63,835 nt of DNA, filler included, from Lama guanicoe (GCA_013239625.1; 101 parts of 101 records of this genome joined end to end with filler, not necessarily neighbours in it); one strand, 5' to 3'. Shown: positions 24,732 to 38,168, numbered from the whole stretch's first letter. Notes: generated by a model not told the origin, from the letters alone. Numbers and translations: made by a program.

Positions 24732-25143
24732 NNNNNNNNNNNNNNNNNNNNNNNNNNNNNNNNNNNNNNNNNNNNTTAATTAATTAANNNNNNNNNNNNN
24801 NNNNNNNNNNNNNNNNNNNNNNNNNNNNNNNTAGAAGGGCTGCCTTCATGATCTGTGTTGTCAGGTATTGAAGGAATGCCGTCATGATATCTGGTCAGGT
24901 GAAGGCTATGCAAATGGGAGTTTCTATTTAATAAAAAAAAATTACAAATAGAAAATTAGAACAAGGGTGGTGACAGGGACTATAGAAAGTGGGCCCATTA
25001 GCTTTGTTAGCTTCAGGTGCGGTGGCCTCCTGCCACGACAACCNNNNNNNNNNNNNNNNNNNNNNNNNNNNNNNNNNNNNNNNNNNNTTAATTAATTAAN
25101 NNNNNNNNNNNNNNNNNNNNNNNNNNNNNNNNNNNNNNNNNNN

Positions 25144-25739
25144 GAAAACTGAATATAGAATTTAGGATCCAGAATGTACAACACAGAATATACAATATAG
25201 TTTAGAGAATATAGAACACAGAATTTAAAACATGAAATGCAGAACACAGAATTAAGAATATAGACTACAGAGCACTGAATATAGAATTTAGAATTTAGAA
25301 TGTAGAACACAGAGTATAGGATATGGAAAACAGAATACAAAACCCAGAATTCATAACATGGAATGCAGAACACAGAATTTAGAATATAGAATGAAGAACA
25401 CAGAGTATAGAATATAGAATACGGAATGCAGAATATAGAATACAGAATATAGAATGTAGAAAACAGAAAATAACGTATGGAAAACAGAATACAAAACCCA
25501 GAATTCATAACATGGAATGCAGAACACAGAATTAAGAATATAGAATAAAGTATACTGAATAGAGAATATTGAATAAAGAATGTAGAACACAGAATTAGGA
25601 ATGTAGAATATAGAATATTAAATATAGAATTTAGAATTTAGAATGTAGAACACAGTATATATAAAACAGAATAGAGAATATAGAAACCAAAAATAAGAAC
25701 ATGGAATGCAGAACAATGAATTTAGAATATAGAATACAA
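25144..25739 (+). repeat. Heptamer satellite (family C) with 154-bp (22x7) recurrence
   Basis: CAGAATACAAAACCCAGAATTCATAAC at 25331 and 25485. Confidence 0.95.
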
Positions 25740-25839
25740 NNNNNNNNNNNNNNNNNNNNNNNNNNNNNNNNNNNNNNNNNNNNTTAATTAATTAANNNNN
25801 NNNNNNNNNNNNNNNNNNNNNNNNNNNNNNNNNNNNNNN

Positions 25840-26282
25840 GGGTTCTAACGGAATGCCTAAGCTCGACACCCCTGGGTTTTTTCCTAATCTCTCTGTTCCA
25901 GGGAATGCTAGGGGCGTTTGCAGGATATCCCAGTGTCAGAGGCTGCCTCCCCAAGGTCAGGGAATGTATTTCTCAGAATTTCCCCTAACAGGGAACACCT
26001 GTGACTGAAGAGAGCTGCGTGGAGTTGTCTCTCGAGCTCCCCACGCACTGACAATTTTTCCGGAATCCTGCGCGTGGGGAGGTACCACCAACTGTCGGCA
26101 GCGCGTGGGTTCTAACGGAATGCCTAAGCTCGACTCCCCTGGATTTTTTCCTAATGTCTCTGTGGCAGGGAATGCTAGGGGTGTTTGCAGCCACTCCCAG
26201 TGTAAGAGGCTGCCTCCCAAAGTTCCGGGAAGATATTTCTCAGACTTCCCCTTTCAGGGAACACCTGTGACTGAAGAGAGCT
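25840..26282 (-). repeat. 267-bp satellite (family A)
   Basis: Tandem monomers. Confidence 0.95.
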
Positions 26283-27013
26283 NNNNNNNNNNNNNNNNNN
26301 NNNNNNNNNNNNNNNNNNNNNNNNNNTTAATTAATTAANNNNNNNNNNNNNNNNNNNNNNNNNNNNNNNNNNNNNNNNNNNNGATGGAAGGAAAACAGTT
26401 TAAAAATGGGATCTTTAATGTGCATTTTTCATTGGCCAGGAAAAAACCTGCCTAATGAGGAGCTGAAACCCTATCAGCCACGTGCAAATTATGCTTCAGA
26501 CACCCCCGCTGCCCTTGGGTCCACATAGTCAGAACTACAATGGATCAGGGACATGAATCTTGTGCAAATGCAGGGAGTATGAATACCTGCCATTTTAAGA
26601 TCTCAAGGAGTATGAAAAACATGTGAAGCTTCCATTAGCAGAGACCTGCTGTCACTTCCAGTATTTCCCTCATGGCATGTCCACAGCTTCACTGGTCCTA
26701 TTCATAATGAAGACGACAGCTAGCACTTACTGACCCCAGAATCAGTGATAGGTTCTCCCTTGAAAGGAAGCATATCCCCTTCATGGGTTACAACTAGTTC
26801 ATATTTTAAGTAATTCTATAGACGTAGAAGAGCTATTTTCATTGGTTCTGCTATCACAGACTTTTCTCCAAGAGAACATGCCACCAGTTACTCCATTTTC
26901 ACCCATTTAAAGANNNNNNNNNNNNNNNNNNNNNNNNNNNNNNNNNNNNNNNNNNNNTTAATTAATTAANNNNNNNNNNNNNNNNNNNNNNNNNNNNNNN
27001 NNNNNNNNNNNNN

Positions 27014-27487
27014 TATATTCTATATTCTGTGTCTACATTCAGTGTTCTAAATCCTATATTCTTATTATTTATACTATATACTATATTCTGTGTTCTGAAT
27101 TCCATTTTATAAATTCTGTGTTCTGCCATGTGTATTCTAAATTGTATATTCTGTGTTCCACATTCTGTATTCTGCATTCTATATTCTGTATTCTATATTC
27201 TCTGTTCTATATTCTATATTCTGTGTCTGCATTCCATGTTCTTATTTCTGTGTTCTGTTTTCTGCATTCTATATTCTATTTTCTGGGTTCTATTTTCTAT
27301 ATTCTACATTCTGTATTCTATATTCTCTGTTCTATATTCTATATTCTGTGTCTGCATTCCATGTTCTTATTTCTGTGTTCTGTTTTCTGCATTCTATATT
27401 CTATTTTCTGGGTTCTATTTTCTATATTCTACATTCTGTATTCTATATTCTCTGTTCTATATTCTATATTCTGTTTTCTACATTCTG
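27014..27487 (-). repeat. Heptamer satellite (family C) with a near-perfect 125-bp unit
   Basis: CTGTGTCTGCATTCC at 27221 and 27346. Confidence 0.95.
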
Positions 27488-27587
27488 NNNNNNNNNNNNN
27501 NNNNNNNNNNNNNNNNNNNNNNNNNNNNNNNTTAATTAATTAANNNNNNNNNNNNNNNNNNNNNNNNNNNNNNNNNNNNNNNNNNNN

Positions 27588-27897
27588 GCTGGGATCTAAT
27601 TGGATCCATTAGATTGACTACCCTGAGTATTTTCCTGGCCGGGTGTTGAGCGAAGTTATGGGTTGTTCTCTAAAACCAAGTATTAGCGAGCTCCTATCTT
27701 TAGGCAGTGTAGGTGGTTAAAGTATATCCCCAACCTGGGAACACCTGTGCCCCCATAAAGACGTGTGGACTCAGTTTCCCTACTCCAGCACACACACGAT
27801 ATCCCTCTCAGATGTTTGGTGTGTGGGGAGATTCCTCCAACTAACAGTAGCGCCTGGGTTCTAATACAATACATTTACTTCTCTTCAATGATGGCTT
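27588..27897 (-). repeat. Highly diverged relative of the 267-bp satellite (family A-old)
   Basis: Retains GGGAACACCTGTG, GTGTGGGGAGATTCCTCCAAC and AGCGCCTGGGTTCTAAT in family-A order; period ~265 (27591/27856). Confidence 0.8.
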
Positions 27898-27997
27898 NNN
27901 NNNNNNNNNNNNNNNNNNNNNNNNNNNNNNNNNNNNNNNNNTTAATTAATTAANNNNNNNNNNNNNNNNNNNNNNNNNNNNNNNNNNNNNNNNNNNN

Positions 27998-28707
27998 CTT
28001 CAGATGGTGCCCTGTTTCACTCCTGAGACCAAATCCTATCCTCTACAACTTTTGCACTCAGAGGAGTGTGAATCCAGCTTCCCTTGGCTCAGTAAACACA
28101 TATTATCTCACAGAAGCCTCAGCAATTTCATGAGGTTTGCACCTTTTCTCACTATACTTAGTCCCCTGTTCGGGGAGGGGGTAATCCCTCAGCCTCCGGA
28201 GAATAAAAGCTTTTCTTTACTGTCTGTGCATCCTCCCTTCTCAGGCGAGCTGTAGCCCAGCCACTCTCAGGTGGTCATCCTGAAACCTTTTAAGGTCTCA
28301 TGAGATTTGCTCCTCTTCTTGCTGAATTCAGGCCTCTCCTCTGGTGTAAAATCATTCCCCTTATTGGAAGTCAGGTCAGTTCTTTTTCTGAAGGGATGAA
28401 AGGGCTCCATCACCAGATGGTGTTATTCATAGATCCAGAGACAACACCTATCTTGAAAGGACGCATTTTCTTCTCACATGATCGTGAATGCAGTCTGACT
28501 CATCTCAGTGAGCACACATCCTCTCACGGAAGCCCCAGCTGTCTCAGGAGAGCTGCCCCTTTTCTCGAGAGCCTGAGTCCCCTATTCAAGCAAGAGGAAT
28601 CCCTTTGGCTCTCCTGAGTTTTAAAGCTTTTCTTTCCTGTCTGTGTGCCTTCATTTATTTCTCAGGCCAGCTGTAGCCCAGTTTCTCTCAGGTGATCACC
28701 CTGAATC
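27998..28707. repeat. Diverged ~415-bp tandem repeat (1.7 units), family not recognised
   Basis: CAGATGGTG at 28001/28414; AAAGCTTTTCTTT at 28206/28623; AGCTGTAGCCCAG and CTCTCAGGTG each occur twice. Confidence 0.8.
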
Positions 28708-28807
28708 NNNNNNNNNNNNNNNNNNNNNNNNNNNNNNNNNNNNNNNNNNNNTTAATTAATTAANNNNNNNNNNNNNNNNNNNNNNNNNNNNNNNNNNNNN
28801 NNNNNNN

Positions 28808-29727
28808 CAGAGAGAACTCCCCAGTGAACATCTTCTGCCTATTCTTCTTCACAACTAAATTGCTACAACCCTGCCTACTACATATCACAGCTCAGAAACG
28901 GGTCTAAAAGAAATACATAGAGCCAGAGAAATATAAGTAAAATAAAGAAGCCAAGGAACCACTTTTAATTAAAAGAACAAGAGAAATCTTCTGAAAGAAC
29001 AATCAGTAAAATAGACTTTGATAGTCTACTAGACTTCAAAAAGGAAATGATCAACTCACTGAAAGAAATAAAAGAGACTATCAATAGAGACAGAAAACTT
29101 TAAAAAGAAAATTTAAACTATAAAGAAGAGTTAGTTAAAAATAGAAAATTCAACTACAGGCAATCAAAAGAAGACTAGATAATGCAGAGGAATGAACAAA
29201 TGGCTTAGGAGACAAGATAAAAGAAATAACCCAAAAAGAACAGCAGACAGAAAAGTCAATAAAAACCAATTAAAGCAAGATAATATAAAGTGTGCCAGCC
29301 TATGCATAATGGTGAGTCCCAGAAGGAGAAGAAAGAGAAAGGGGGATTGAAAAGTTAGTTAAAGAAATCATGACTGAAAACTTTCCAAACCTTAAGAAGG
29401 AAAGAATTATCCAAGTACAGGAGGCACACAGGGTCCCAAACAAGGAGAAACCAAACAGACCTACACCAAGACATATTATAGTTAAAATGGTTAAAGTAAA
29501 ATAAAATATTCTAAAGGCAGTGAGAGAAAAACAAAGTGTTTGTTACAAGGGAGTCCCATAAGCATTCAGCAGATTTCACTACCTAAAATCTTCTGGCTAG
29601 AAGGGAGTGGCAAGATGTATTCAAAGTCCTGAATAAGAAAAAGGCTGCAAACTAGGATATTCTATATAGAAAGACTACCCTTTAGAACAGAAAGAGAGAA
29701 AGATTTTCACAGACAAGCAAAAACTAA
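28808..29727 (+). mobile_element. LINE-1 ORF1, older degenerate copy
   Basis: GTCCCAGAAGGAGAAGAAAGAGA, ATCATGACTGAAAACTTTCCAAAC, CAGGAGGCACACAGGGTCCCAAAC, AGACCTACACCAAGACATATT; multiple stops. Confidence 0.92.
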
Positions 29728-29827
29728 NNNNNNNNNNNNNNNNNNNNNNNNNNNNNNNNNNNNNNNNNNNNTTAATTAATTAANNNNNNNNNNNNNNNNN
29801 NNNNNNNNNNNNNNNNNNNNNNNNNNN

Positions 29828-30167
29828 GCTGCTGTCTGTTTGAGGAACTTCCCCACACTCAGAATACCAGAACACTACTTCGCGTGAATGCTGGACGTAG
29901 GGAAACAGTCAAAGCATCTTTCAGGTGGCACATTTATTCCATGGTTGTGAGTTGTAGGTTAAAAACCCAGATCCCATAGATAGGCTCTCGCTAATACTTG
30001 GTTTAAAGCCCAACCCCCACTTTCCCCCACTGTCCAGCCTGGGCATGCCATCAGGGAAGACAATCTAAGGGATTCTTTTAGATCCCAATCACTGCTGTCA
30101 TTTGGAGGAGCCTCCCCTTAATCAGGATACCTGAGCAGGTCTCCGTGTGTGTGCTGGAAGTGGGGAA
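29828..30167 (+). repeat. Diverged relative of the 267-bp satellite (family A-old); close paralog of 47210-47520
   Basis: Period ~263 (GAGGAACTTCCCC at 29842 / GAGGAGCCTCCCC at 30105); reverse-complement match to contig 47210. Confidence 0.85.
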
Positions 30168-30267
30168 NNNNNNNNNNNNNNNNNNNNNNNNNNNNNNNNN
30201 NNNNNNNNNNNTTAATTAATTAANNNNNNNNNNNNNNNNNNNNNNNNNNNNNNNNNNNNNNNNNNNN

Positions 30268-30505
30268 AATGTCCAACAATAGAAGAAATAAACTGAGTCA
30301 AGAAGCTGAGTGAACCTTAAACATGTAAAAACCAAAACACATTATAATCAAACTATAGACAAAAAAATTCTTGAAATCTATGGGACAGAAACAGCATCTA
30401 ACCTCTGGGGGTTGTAGCTGGGAAACAGTTTGAGTAACAGTGGACTTCTCATCAGCAACCACTAAAGCCAGAAGTAAATGGCACAAAACTTTAAAAGTGT
30501 TTAAG
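30268..30505 (+). mobile_element. Ancient L1 ORF1 fragment
   Basis: CAAGAAGCTGAGTGAACC, CACATTATAATCAAACT, GACTTCTCATCAGCAACCAC..AAGCCAGAAG..AATGG. Confidence 0.7.
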
Positions 30506-30605
30506 NNNNNNNNNNNNNNNNNNNNNNNNNNNNNNNNNNNNNNNNNNNNTTAATTAATTAANNNNNNNNNNNNNNNNNNNNNNNNNNNNNNNNNNNNNNN
30601 NNNNN

Positions 30606-31327
30606 ATTCAGACCCAAATACCTTCACTGGGGAATTTGACCAAACATACAAAGATAAATCCACACCGGTCCTCCTAAAACACTTCCAAAAGATTAATATG
30701 GAGAGAGTACTCCCAAACTCACACCATAAGGCCAACATCAACCTGATACCAAAACCAGACAAAGACAATACCCCAAAAAGAAAACTATAGGCCAATATCA
30801 TTGATAAACATTGATGTAAATGTCCTCAAGAATTAATTAACAAACAGAATCAAACACCATGTAAAAAAAAGATCATGCACCATGGTCAAGTTAGGGTCAT
30901 CCCAGGAACACAAGGAAGGTTGAACTTATGCAAATCCATCAATCAATTGTGATACACCATATCAACAAAAGAGAAGACATAAACGATATGATCATCTCAG
31001 TAGATGCAGAAAAAGCATTTGATAAAATTTAACATCTATTTGCCATAAAAGTTCTTATCACAGTGGGCATAGAGGGACCATATCTCAACATAATGAAAGC
31101 TATTTATGACAAGTATATAGCCAGCAAAATACTCAATGGTGAAAAACTGGAACCCTTCCCACAAAAACCTGAGACAAGGCAAGGATGCCCATTCTCACAA
31201 TTTCAATTCAATATAGTCTTGGAATTCCTAGCCACAACGATCAGGCAAGGAAAATAAAGAAAACTTTTCAGACTGGGGAAGAAGAGGTAAAATTGTCATG
31301 TTATGCAGACATGACACTGTATATAGA
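30606..31327 (+). mobile_element. LINE-1 ORF2 RT fragment, degenerate
   Basis: GATGCAGAAAAAGCATTTGATAAAAT; GIEGPYLNIMKAIYDK; RQGCP; YADM (degenerate YADD). Confidence 0.94.
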
Positions 31328-33033
31328 NNNNNNNNNNNNNNNNNNNNNNNNNNNNNNNNNNNNNNNNNNNNTTAATTAATTAANNNNNNNNNNNNNNNNN
31401 NNNNNNNNNNNNNNNNNNNNNNNNNNNGAGATTATAGGCATATATTATAGTAAAATGTTCATGCATGTGGGAAAAATATTGAAGAAAAAAACCCAGGAAA
31501 ATCAAAATATTTTGTAGGACTCTGATATTAAGGGAGGTGATTTGTTCACTTTCTTTACTCTTTTTATAATGTCCTTATAAGAATTTAAGCTTTTAAATGA
31601 AAAAGTGTAGACTTTGAAAAATGTGACAGAAGTTTAAACTATTTCTGTCCCTCCCCTTAAATCTACAGTCAGTGAAACGATCACATCTCAANNNNNNNNN
31701 NNNNNNNNNNNNNNNNNNNNNNNNNNNNNNNNNNNTTAATTAATTAANNNNNNNNNNNNNNNNNNNNNNNNNNNNNNNNNNNNNNNNNNNNTAGCATACA
31801 AATAAGGAGCGATTGCAGTTAGTGGTAGTTGTCTTACTAGGCTGCAGGGGTTGTTAAAGAAAATAACAATGTGATTTGCTCTTAGATATACAGCATCTAA
31901 TAGCTCTTTAAAAAGGCTTATTGAATAAATTGATAACATAATTAGTGAGTGGACAGGAAATATCTAAACACATTAAAATGGTGGACTACGTTCATCTAGA
32001 TCTTCCGTAGAGTAATTATATTTCAAGAAAAGTAGAAATATGCTTTAGTTTTTACTGAATCTTCAAGANNNNNNNNNNNNNNNNNNNNNNNNNNNNNNNN
32101 NNNNNNNNNNNNTTAATTAATTAANNNNNNNNNNNNNNNNNNNNNNNNNNNNNNNNNNNNNNNNNNNNTGTCACCATTGTTTTACCCAGAACCTCGTGTA
32201 CCAGGCATGGCTCCCGGAATCAAAAGACAGCAGCGCATTAAACCTCCCTCCTTGTGGGTCTGTCTGTTTTGGTACCATAAGGTCTCAGCCAGCATGTGAA
32301 CGTCAGTGAGATAACGCGGCCAGTGAGCTCGGGTCAAGCAAGTTCTCTTCCAGTCACTTTTACTCCATTGTTGCTTTTACTATTCCACAGTCATCAATTT
32401 TTAAAAGAATGTTTTGGTTCAGGAGCAGAGCCTAATTCTCCCCTGTTTCTCTTGGTGAGAGTGAGTATAATTGTCCAGCTTGAAATGCGACCACATTTTG
32501 TAGCTCAAAAGCTGTCTACACGCATTTAGGTGAAGTTTTGGTTTGGGGCGCTGACCACATTGTGGTCCCTCGGCAGCGCCGCTCTCCTCAGGCCCCTGCC
32601 TTTCCTGGATCAGGAGGTGAGGGTGGGTCTCACCGTCCCCACGTCCCTGTCCTCATCACACTCACGTAAATTCTTGTAAATGCTGTCAGTTATTTTTGTT
32701 CTCGTGTGTTTCTAATTTTCGCTGTTCCTCTTTTCCTTTTTCTATTTTCCTTTTTCTCTTATACCACCCTGTGAGCATGTTGTTGGGTCTGAAAATGTGG
32801 GCTTTGCACACCCTGCATTGGAAATAGCCAGATCGCCCTCTGTGCTGTTTCCATCACTGAGAAAGCAAAAACATAACAGTTGCTTTGATCCATATATTAT
32901 CCTGGTCATCTTTTTATTTTCTAGTTTTTTGAANNNNNNNNNNNNNNNNNNNNNNNNNNNNNNNNNNNNNNNNNNNNTTAATTAATTAANNNNNNNNNNN
33001 NNNNNNNNNNNNNNNNNNNNNNNNNNNNNNNNN

Positions 33034-33407
33034 CCAGCAATTGGAGATATACCAGACAACACACACAGGAACAGAATATGGCGTCAATGTGTAGGAGAAA
33101 TTGTCCTCACAGAAATCCCATGAAATTGCGTAGAGCCAAGAGTCTAAAATTTTCACTTAACAAAGCCCTAGAAGTCTACATTAGATATCTGATATTACCT
33201 GACCAGTAGAGATGAAGAAGTACAGTAAAAGAAACAGGAAGTACCATTTTCAGTTCCAAAGATATTGAAAGCCCAAACGTAAGCTTTCAAACAACTAGAC
33301 TGCAAAACCCTATCCAGACCAAGTGTTGAAAATGGAGGTCAAGAAAACACTGAAGAATAACAGGGTCTCAGAATCACACAAGGCAGAATACCAGAAAAGG
33401 GGAAGAG
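33034..33407 (+). repeat. Amplified decayed L1 5'UTR/ORF1-derived repeat (family D, copy 2; L1 sense orientation)
   Basis: Reverse complement of the other four copies; contains PDQVLKMEVKKTLK, similar to ORF1 LDQDFKKGVIKLLK. Confidence 0.85.
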
Positions 33408-33507
33408 NNNNNNNNNNNNNNNNNNNNNNNNNNNNNNNNNNNNNNNNNNNNTTAATTAATTAANNNNNNNNNNNNNNNNNNNNNNNNNNNNNNNNNNNNN
33501 NNNNNNN

Positions 33508-33976
33508 CCGTTGGTGGAACCTCCCCACGCTCAGGATTCCGGAACCAATATCAGTGAGCGGGGAACTCGAGAGACAACTCCACGCAGCTCTCTTCAGTCA
33601 CAGGGTTTCCCTGTTCGGGGAGGTCCGAGAAATTCCTTCCCTGACCTCGGGGAGGCAGCCTCTGTCCCTGGGGCTTCCTGCAAACCCGCCTAGCGTTCCC
33701 TGCACAGAGACATTAGGAAAACCCTCAGGGGAGACGAGCTTAGGCATTCCGTTAGAACCCACGCGCTGCCGACCGTTGGTGGAACCTCCCATCGCTCAGG
33801 ATTCCGGAACCATTGTCAGTGCGTGGGAGAGCTCGGGAGACAACTCCACGCAGCTCTCTTCAGTCACAGCTGTTCCCTGTTCTTGGAAGTCCGAGAAACA
33901 ACTTCCCTGACCGTGGGGAGTCAGCCACTGTCCCTGGGACTTCCTGCAAACCCCCGTAGCATTCCCTGGCACAGAG
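33508..33976 (+). repeat. 267-bp satellite (family A)
   Basis: Tandem monomers. Confidence 0.95.
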
Positions 33977-34076
33977 NNNNNNNNNNNNNNNNNNNNNNNN
34001 NNNNNNNNNNNNNNNNNNNNTTAATTAATTAANNNNNNNNNNNNNNNNNNNNNNNNNNNNNNNNNNNNNNNNNNNN

Positions 34077-34758
34077 CTATATTCTATATACTTTGTTCTA
34101 CATTCTATATTCTAAATTCAATATTCAGTATACTTTATTGTATATTCTAAATTCTTTGTTCAACATTCTATATTTGAAATTCTATATTCAGTATTCTGTT
34201 TTCTATATTCTATATTCTGTGTTCTACATTCTATATTCTGTATTCTATATTATGCATTCCTTATATTATATTCTATATTCTGTGTTCTACATTCTATATT
34301 CTGTATTCTATATTATGCATTCCTTATATTATATTCTATATTCTGTGTTCTACATTCTATATTTTAAATTCTATATACAGTATTCTTTATTCTATATTCT
34401 AAATATTGTATTCTGCATTCCATGTTCTAAATTCTGGGTTCTATATTCTCAATTCGAAATACTCTATTCTGTGTTGTACATTCTATATTCTACATTCTGT
34501 ATTCAGATTTCTGTTTTCTATATTCTATATTCTGTGTTCAACATTCTATATTCGAAATTCTATATTCAGTATTCTATTTTCTATATTCTAAATTCTGTGT
34601 TCTACATTCTATATTCTGTATTCTATATTCTGCTTTCCGTATTCTATATTCTGTTTTCTATATTGTATATTCTAAATTCTATATTCAGTGTTCGGTATTC
34701 TATATTCTCAATTCTGTGTTCTGCATTCCAAGTTTTAAATTCTGGGTTCTATATTCTC
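34077..34758 (-). repeat. Heptamer satellite (family C) with a 63-bp duplicated unit
   Basis: TATGCATTCC at 34251 and 34314. Confidence 0.95.
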
Positions 34759-34858
34759 NNNNNNNNNNNNNNNNNNNNNNNNNNNNNNNNNNNNNNNNNN
34801 NNTTAATTAATTAANNNNNNNNNNNNNNNNNNNNNNNNNNNNNNNNNNNNNNNNNNNN

Positions 34859-35246
34859 TTTTGCAGTCTAGTTGTTTGAAAGCTTATCTTTTGGGACTTC
34901 AATATCTCTGGAACTGAAAATGGTAATTCCTGTTTCTTTTACTGTATTTCTTCATCTCTACTGGTCAGGTAATATCAGGTATTTAAGGTAGAATTCAAGG
35001 GCTTTGTTAAGTGACAATTTTAGGCTCTTGGCTCTGCACAATGCCATGGGATTTCTGTGTGGACAATTTCTCCTAGACATTGATGCCATATCCTGTTCCT
35101 GTGTGTGTTGTCCTGTATATCTCCAAATGCTGGTGTTGCATTTGTTGTGATGAACAACCCATACTATTTCGAGTAGTATAACTTCATTTTGATTACACTT
35201 ATCTCACAATTCTGAAAGTGCGCAGGACACATCCTCTTGTGGAAAT
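34859..35246 (-). repeat. Amplified decayed L1-derived repeat (family D, copy 3)
   Basis: Colinear with 55980-56551 and 7320-7724. Confidence 0.85.
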
Positions 35247-36237
35247 NNNNNNNNNNNNNNNNNNNNNNNNNNNNNNNNNNNNNNNNNNNNTTAATTAATT
35301 AANNNNNNNNNNNNNNNNNNNNNNNNNNNNNNNNNNNNNNNNNNNNTTTGTTTATGGATTTTGACCCTTGGGGGTGGGGGTGGTTAAGCCATTCATTGTC
35401 TAAGTTTTTTTTTCACCCCCTTAGGAGTGGTATCACCCCCACTGAGAATGCATGCACTATTTCCCAGAAACAGTGGTGAACAAGGCAGATGAAGTTTCTG
35501 TCCTGAGAGTGCTGGCAGTTTAGTAGGGTAGACGGACACACAAATAGACAATTGTACATCATGATAAGTGCTACAATAGGGGTNNNNNNNNNNNNNNNNN
35601 NNNNNNNNNNNNNNNNNNNNNNNNNNNTTAATTAATTAANNNNNNNNNNNNNNNNNNNNNNNNNNNNNNNNNNNNNNNNNNNNATCAAAACAACGTCAAA
35701 ACTGGAGTCTTCGGATAATCCCTCCCACCAAGGCTGTATACAAAAAAGAGCTAAACAAATATCACATTTCTGTGAAATATATCGGGAAAGTGTTGATTAG
35801 TCGATGCCCAGTTGGCAGAGGAGCAGTGCAACCTGCGCTCATTTGCTCCCATGTACACAGCAATGGAAACATCCACTCACCCAGCCCTTGGCACAGGAAA
35901 CTTGCCAAAGAGAGGTCTGTAAATTCCAAAGTCAGGGTGAGGCCTCAGAACACCTGGAAGCAGGAGAAGGCAAAGCAGGGAATGGAAACCAGTGCAGGGT
36001 CTGACCCCTGGTGATGGAGCAGCAAAGGTGAAACTCTGTATTACTTGGATGCACACTCTCAACCGGAGAGGAGACTTCGGATTGAATGTGATGCGCTGTT
36101 TGTTAGAAGAGTGCACAGCAGAGCTTCACTGACAGAANNNNNNNNNNNNNNNNNNNNNNNNNNNNNNNNNNNNNNNNNNNNTTAATTAATTAANNNNNNN
36201 NNNNNNNNNNNNNNNNNNNNNNNNNNNNNNNNNNNNN

Positions 36238-36712
36238 TAGGAAAACCCTCAGGGGAGACGAGTTTAGGCATTCCATTAGAACCCACACGCTGCCTACCGT
36301 TGGTGGAACCTCCCAACGCTCAGGATTCCGGCACCATTGTCAGTGCGTTGGGGAGCTCGAGAGACAACTCCACGCAGCTCTCTGCAGTCACAGGTCTTCC
36401 CTGTTCTGGGAAGTCCGTGAAAAACCTTCCCTGACCTTGGGGAGGCAGCCTCGGGCACTGAGATATCCTGCAATCACCCCTAGCACTCTCTGGCACAGAG
36501 AAATTAGGAAAACCCTCAGGGGAGACGAGCTTAGGCATTCCGTTAGAACCCACGCGCTGCCGACCGTTGGTGGAACCTCCCGACGCTCAGGATTCCGGAA
36601 ACATTGTCAGTGCGTGGGGGAACTCCAGAGACAACTCCACGCATCTCTCTTCTTTCACATGATTTCCCTGTTCGGGGAAGTCCGGGAAATAGTTTCCCTG
36701 ACCTTGGGGAGG
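36238..36712 (+). repeat. 267-bp satellite (family A)
   Basis: Tandem monomers. Confidence 0.95.
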
Positions 36713-38168
36713 NNNNNNNNNNNNNNNNNNNNNNNNNNNNNNNNNNNNNNNNNNNNTTAATTAATTAANNNNNNNNNNNNNNNNNNNNNNNNNNNNNNNN
36801 NNNNNNNNNNNNACCAAATAAATCTCAAGTCACCTCTTATTGAGTGACTAGCGACTGAGGCTACATTTTTCAAAACCACAAAGGATAAGATCAAGCTATT
36901 TGTTTTGGAGGTTTAAAAATTGGTTCTACATTCACTACCCTAAATGTATCAGATCTAAGCCATTCCTAGCTTGGCTGGAATTATGAGAAATTTTTCTTTT
37001 TTCTTTCACTTTTTCTTTAAATAAAATGCCTCTGTGAGCTCACAGACAGATACACAAGGGATATCTAAAATGATCAGCGCCTTGCATTTCATACCACAAA
37101 ATACTCACTTGGGCAAGATTAGTTCAACAGCAGGAGGAAATTCCAACCTTTAAAATCCCACAGTTCTGACATAGAGATAAAATTTTAATGGTATCAATAG
37201 ATCTGAGATTATGGGAAGGTCTTGCTAAAGGTTATAAATTGAGATGAAAAGCTAGATATCCCAGTATCCTAAGGTTGTACAGAATATTTTGTTAGAAACA
37301 ATGAAGATAGCAGGAAAGATTTGTGAAAATCAGGTAAGCAAGAAGAGTTCTGACCAGAAGATTCTCTAGANNNNNNNNNNNNNNNNNNNNNNNNNNNNNN
37401 NNNNNNNNNNNNNNTTAATTAATTAANNNNNNNNNNNNNNNNNNNNNNNNNNNNNNNNNNNNNNNNNNNNACTTATACTCAGTCTTATTATAATTGCCTG
37501 TGGAAGGAACTGGATCATTATTTATTTATTAAAAATTAAATCCACTAGGTGCTATTTGCTCCATTCTTGATGCGGCAGTGCTGAGGTTAGTGAAGTTCGG
37601 CCATTTAGGATTCTTAGCTAGGTTTTCCGGACATTGATTTCAGCCTCCTTATCTTTCCTACAATCTCCTCTTTTGTGTCGGCCTTTGGTCTTTTGACAAC
37701 GTGGAAATACTGCACGGATCTGCCTTTCCCTTTTTTCCTGTCTTTGTGGGAATAGATTTCTGTAAGACAGACTACTTGGATATTAAGGATTTTGTGTGGG
37801 GTAAGTTTGGTCAGTTCTAAGGATTTCAATTAATAAATATTAATGCTTGCTATTCAGCTAATGACAGTAAAATTATAAACTAACTTAAGTATACATCAGT
37901 AAGTATAGTAGAGTAAGCCCATCACCCAGATTAAGGAACTCACAAACTTTTCCATATTTCCTTTAATCAGACCTTTGTGCTTTTATTTGTCCTTTGTTGA
38001 AGTACTTGACAGCAAATCCGAGAAGACATGTCATTTTACCCTATGTACTCAAGTAGGCATGTCTGAAANNNNNNNNNNNNNNNNNNNNNNNNNNNNNNNN
38101 NNNNNNNNNNNNTTAATTAATTAANNNNNNNNNNNNNNNNNNNNNNNNNNNNNNNNNNNNNNNNNNNN

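Noticed and set aside
34093..34806. Long hydrophobic F/Y/I/L/S ORFs (also 15635, 22551, 25092, 27118, 58927 and others) as membrane proteins
   Set aside because: They are translations of the TTCTATA heptamer satellite strand, which is naturally poor in stop codons.
37614..37829. Possible basic terminal exon on the minus strand (EIYSHKDRKKGKGRSVQYFHVVKRPK...)
   Set aside because: All three frames are open for a short distance and I recognise no homolog; it cannot be supported without a search.
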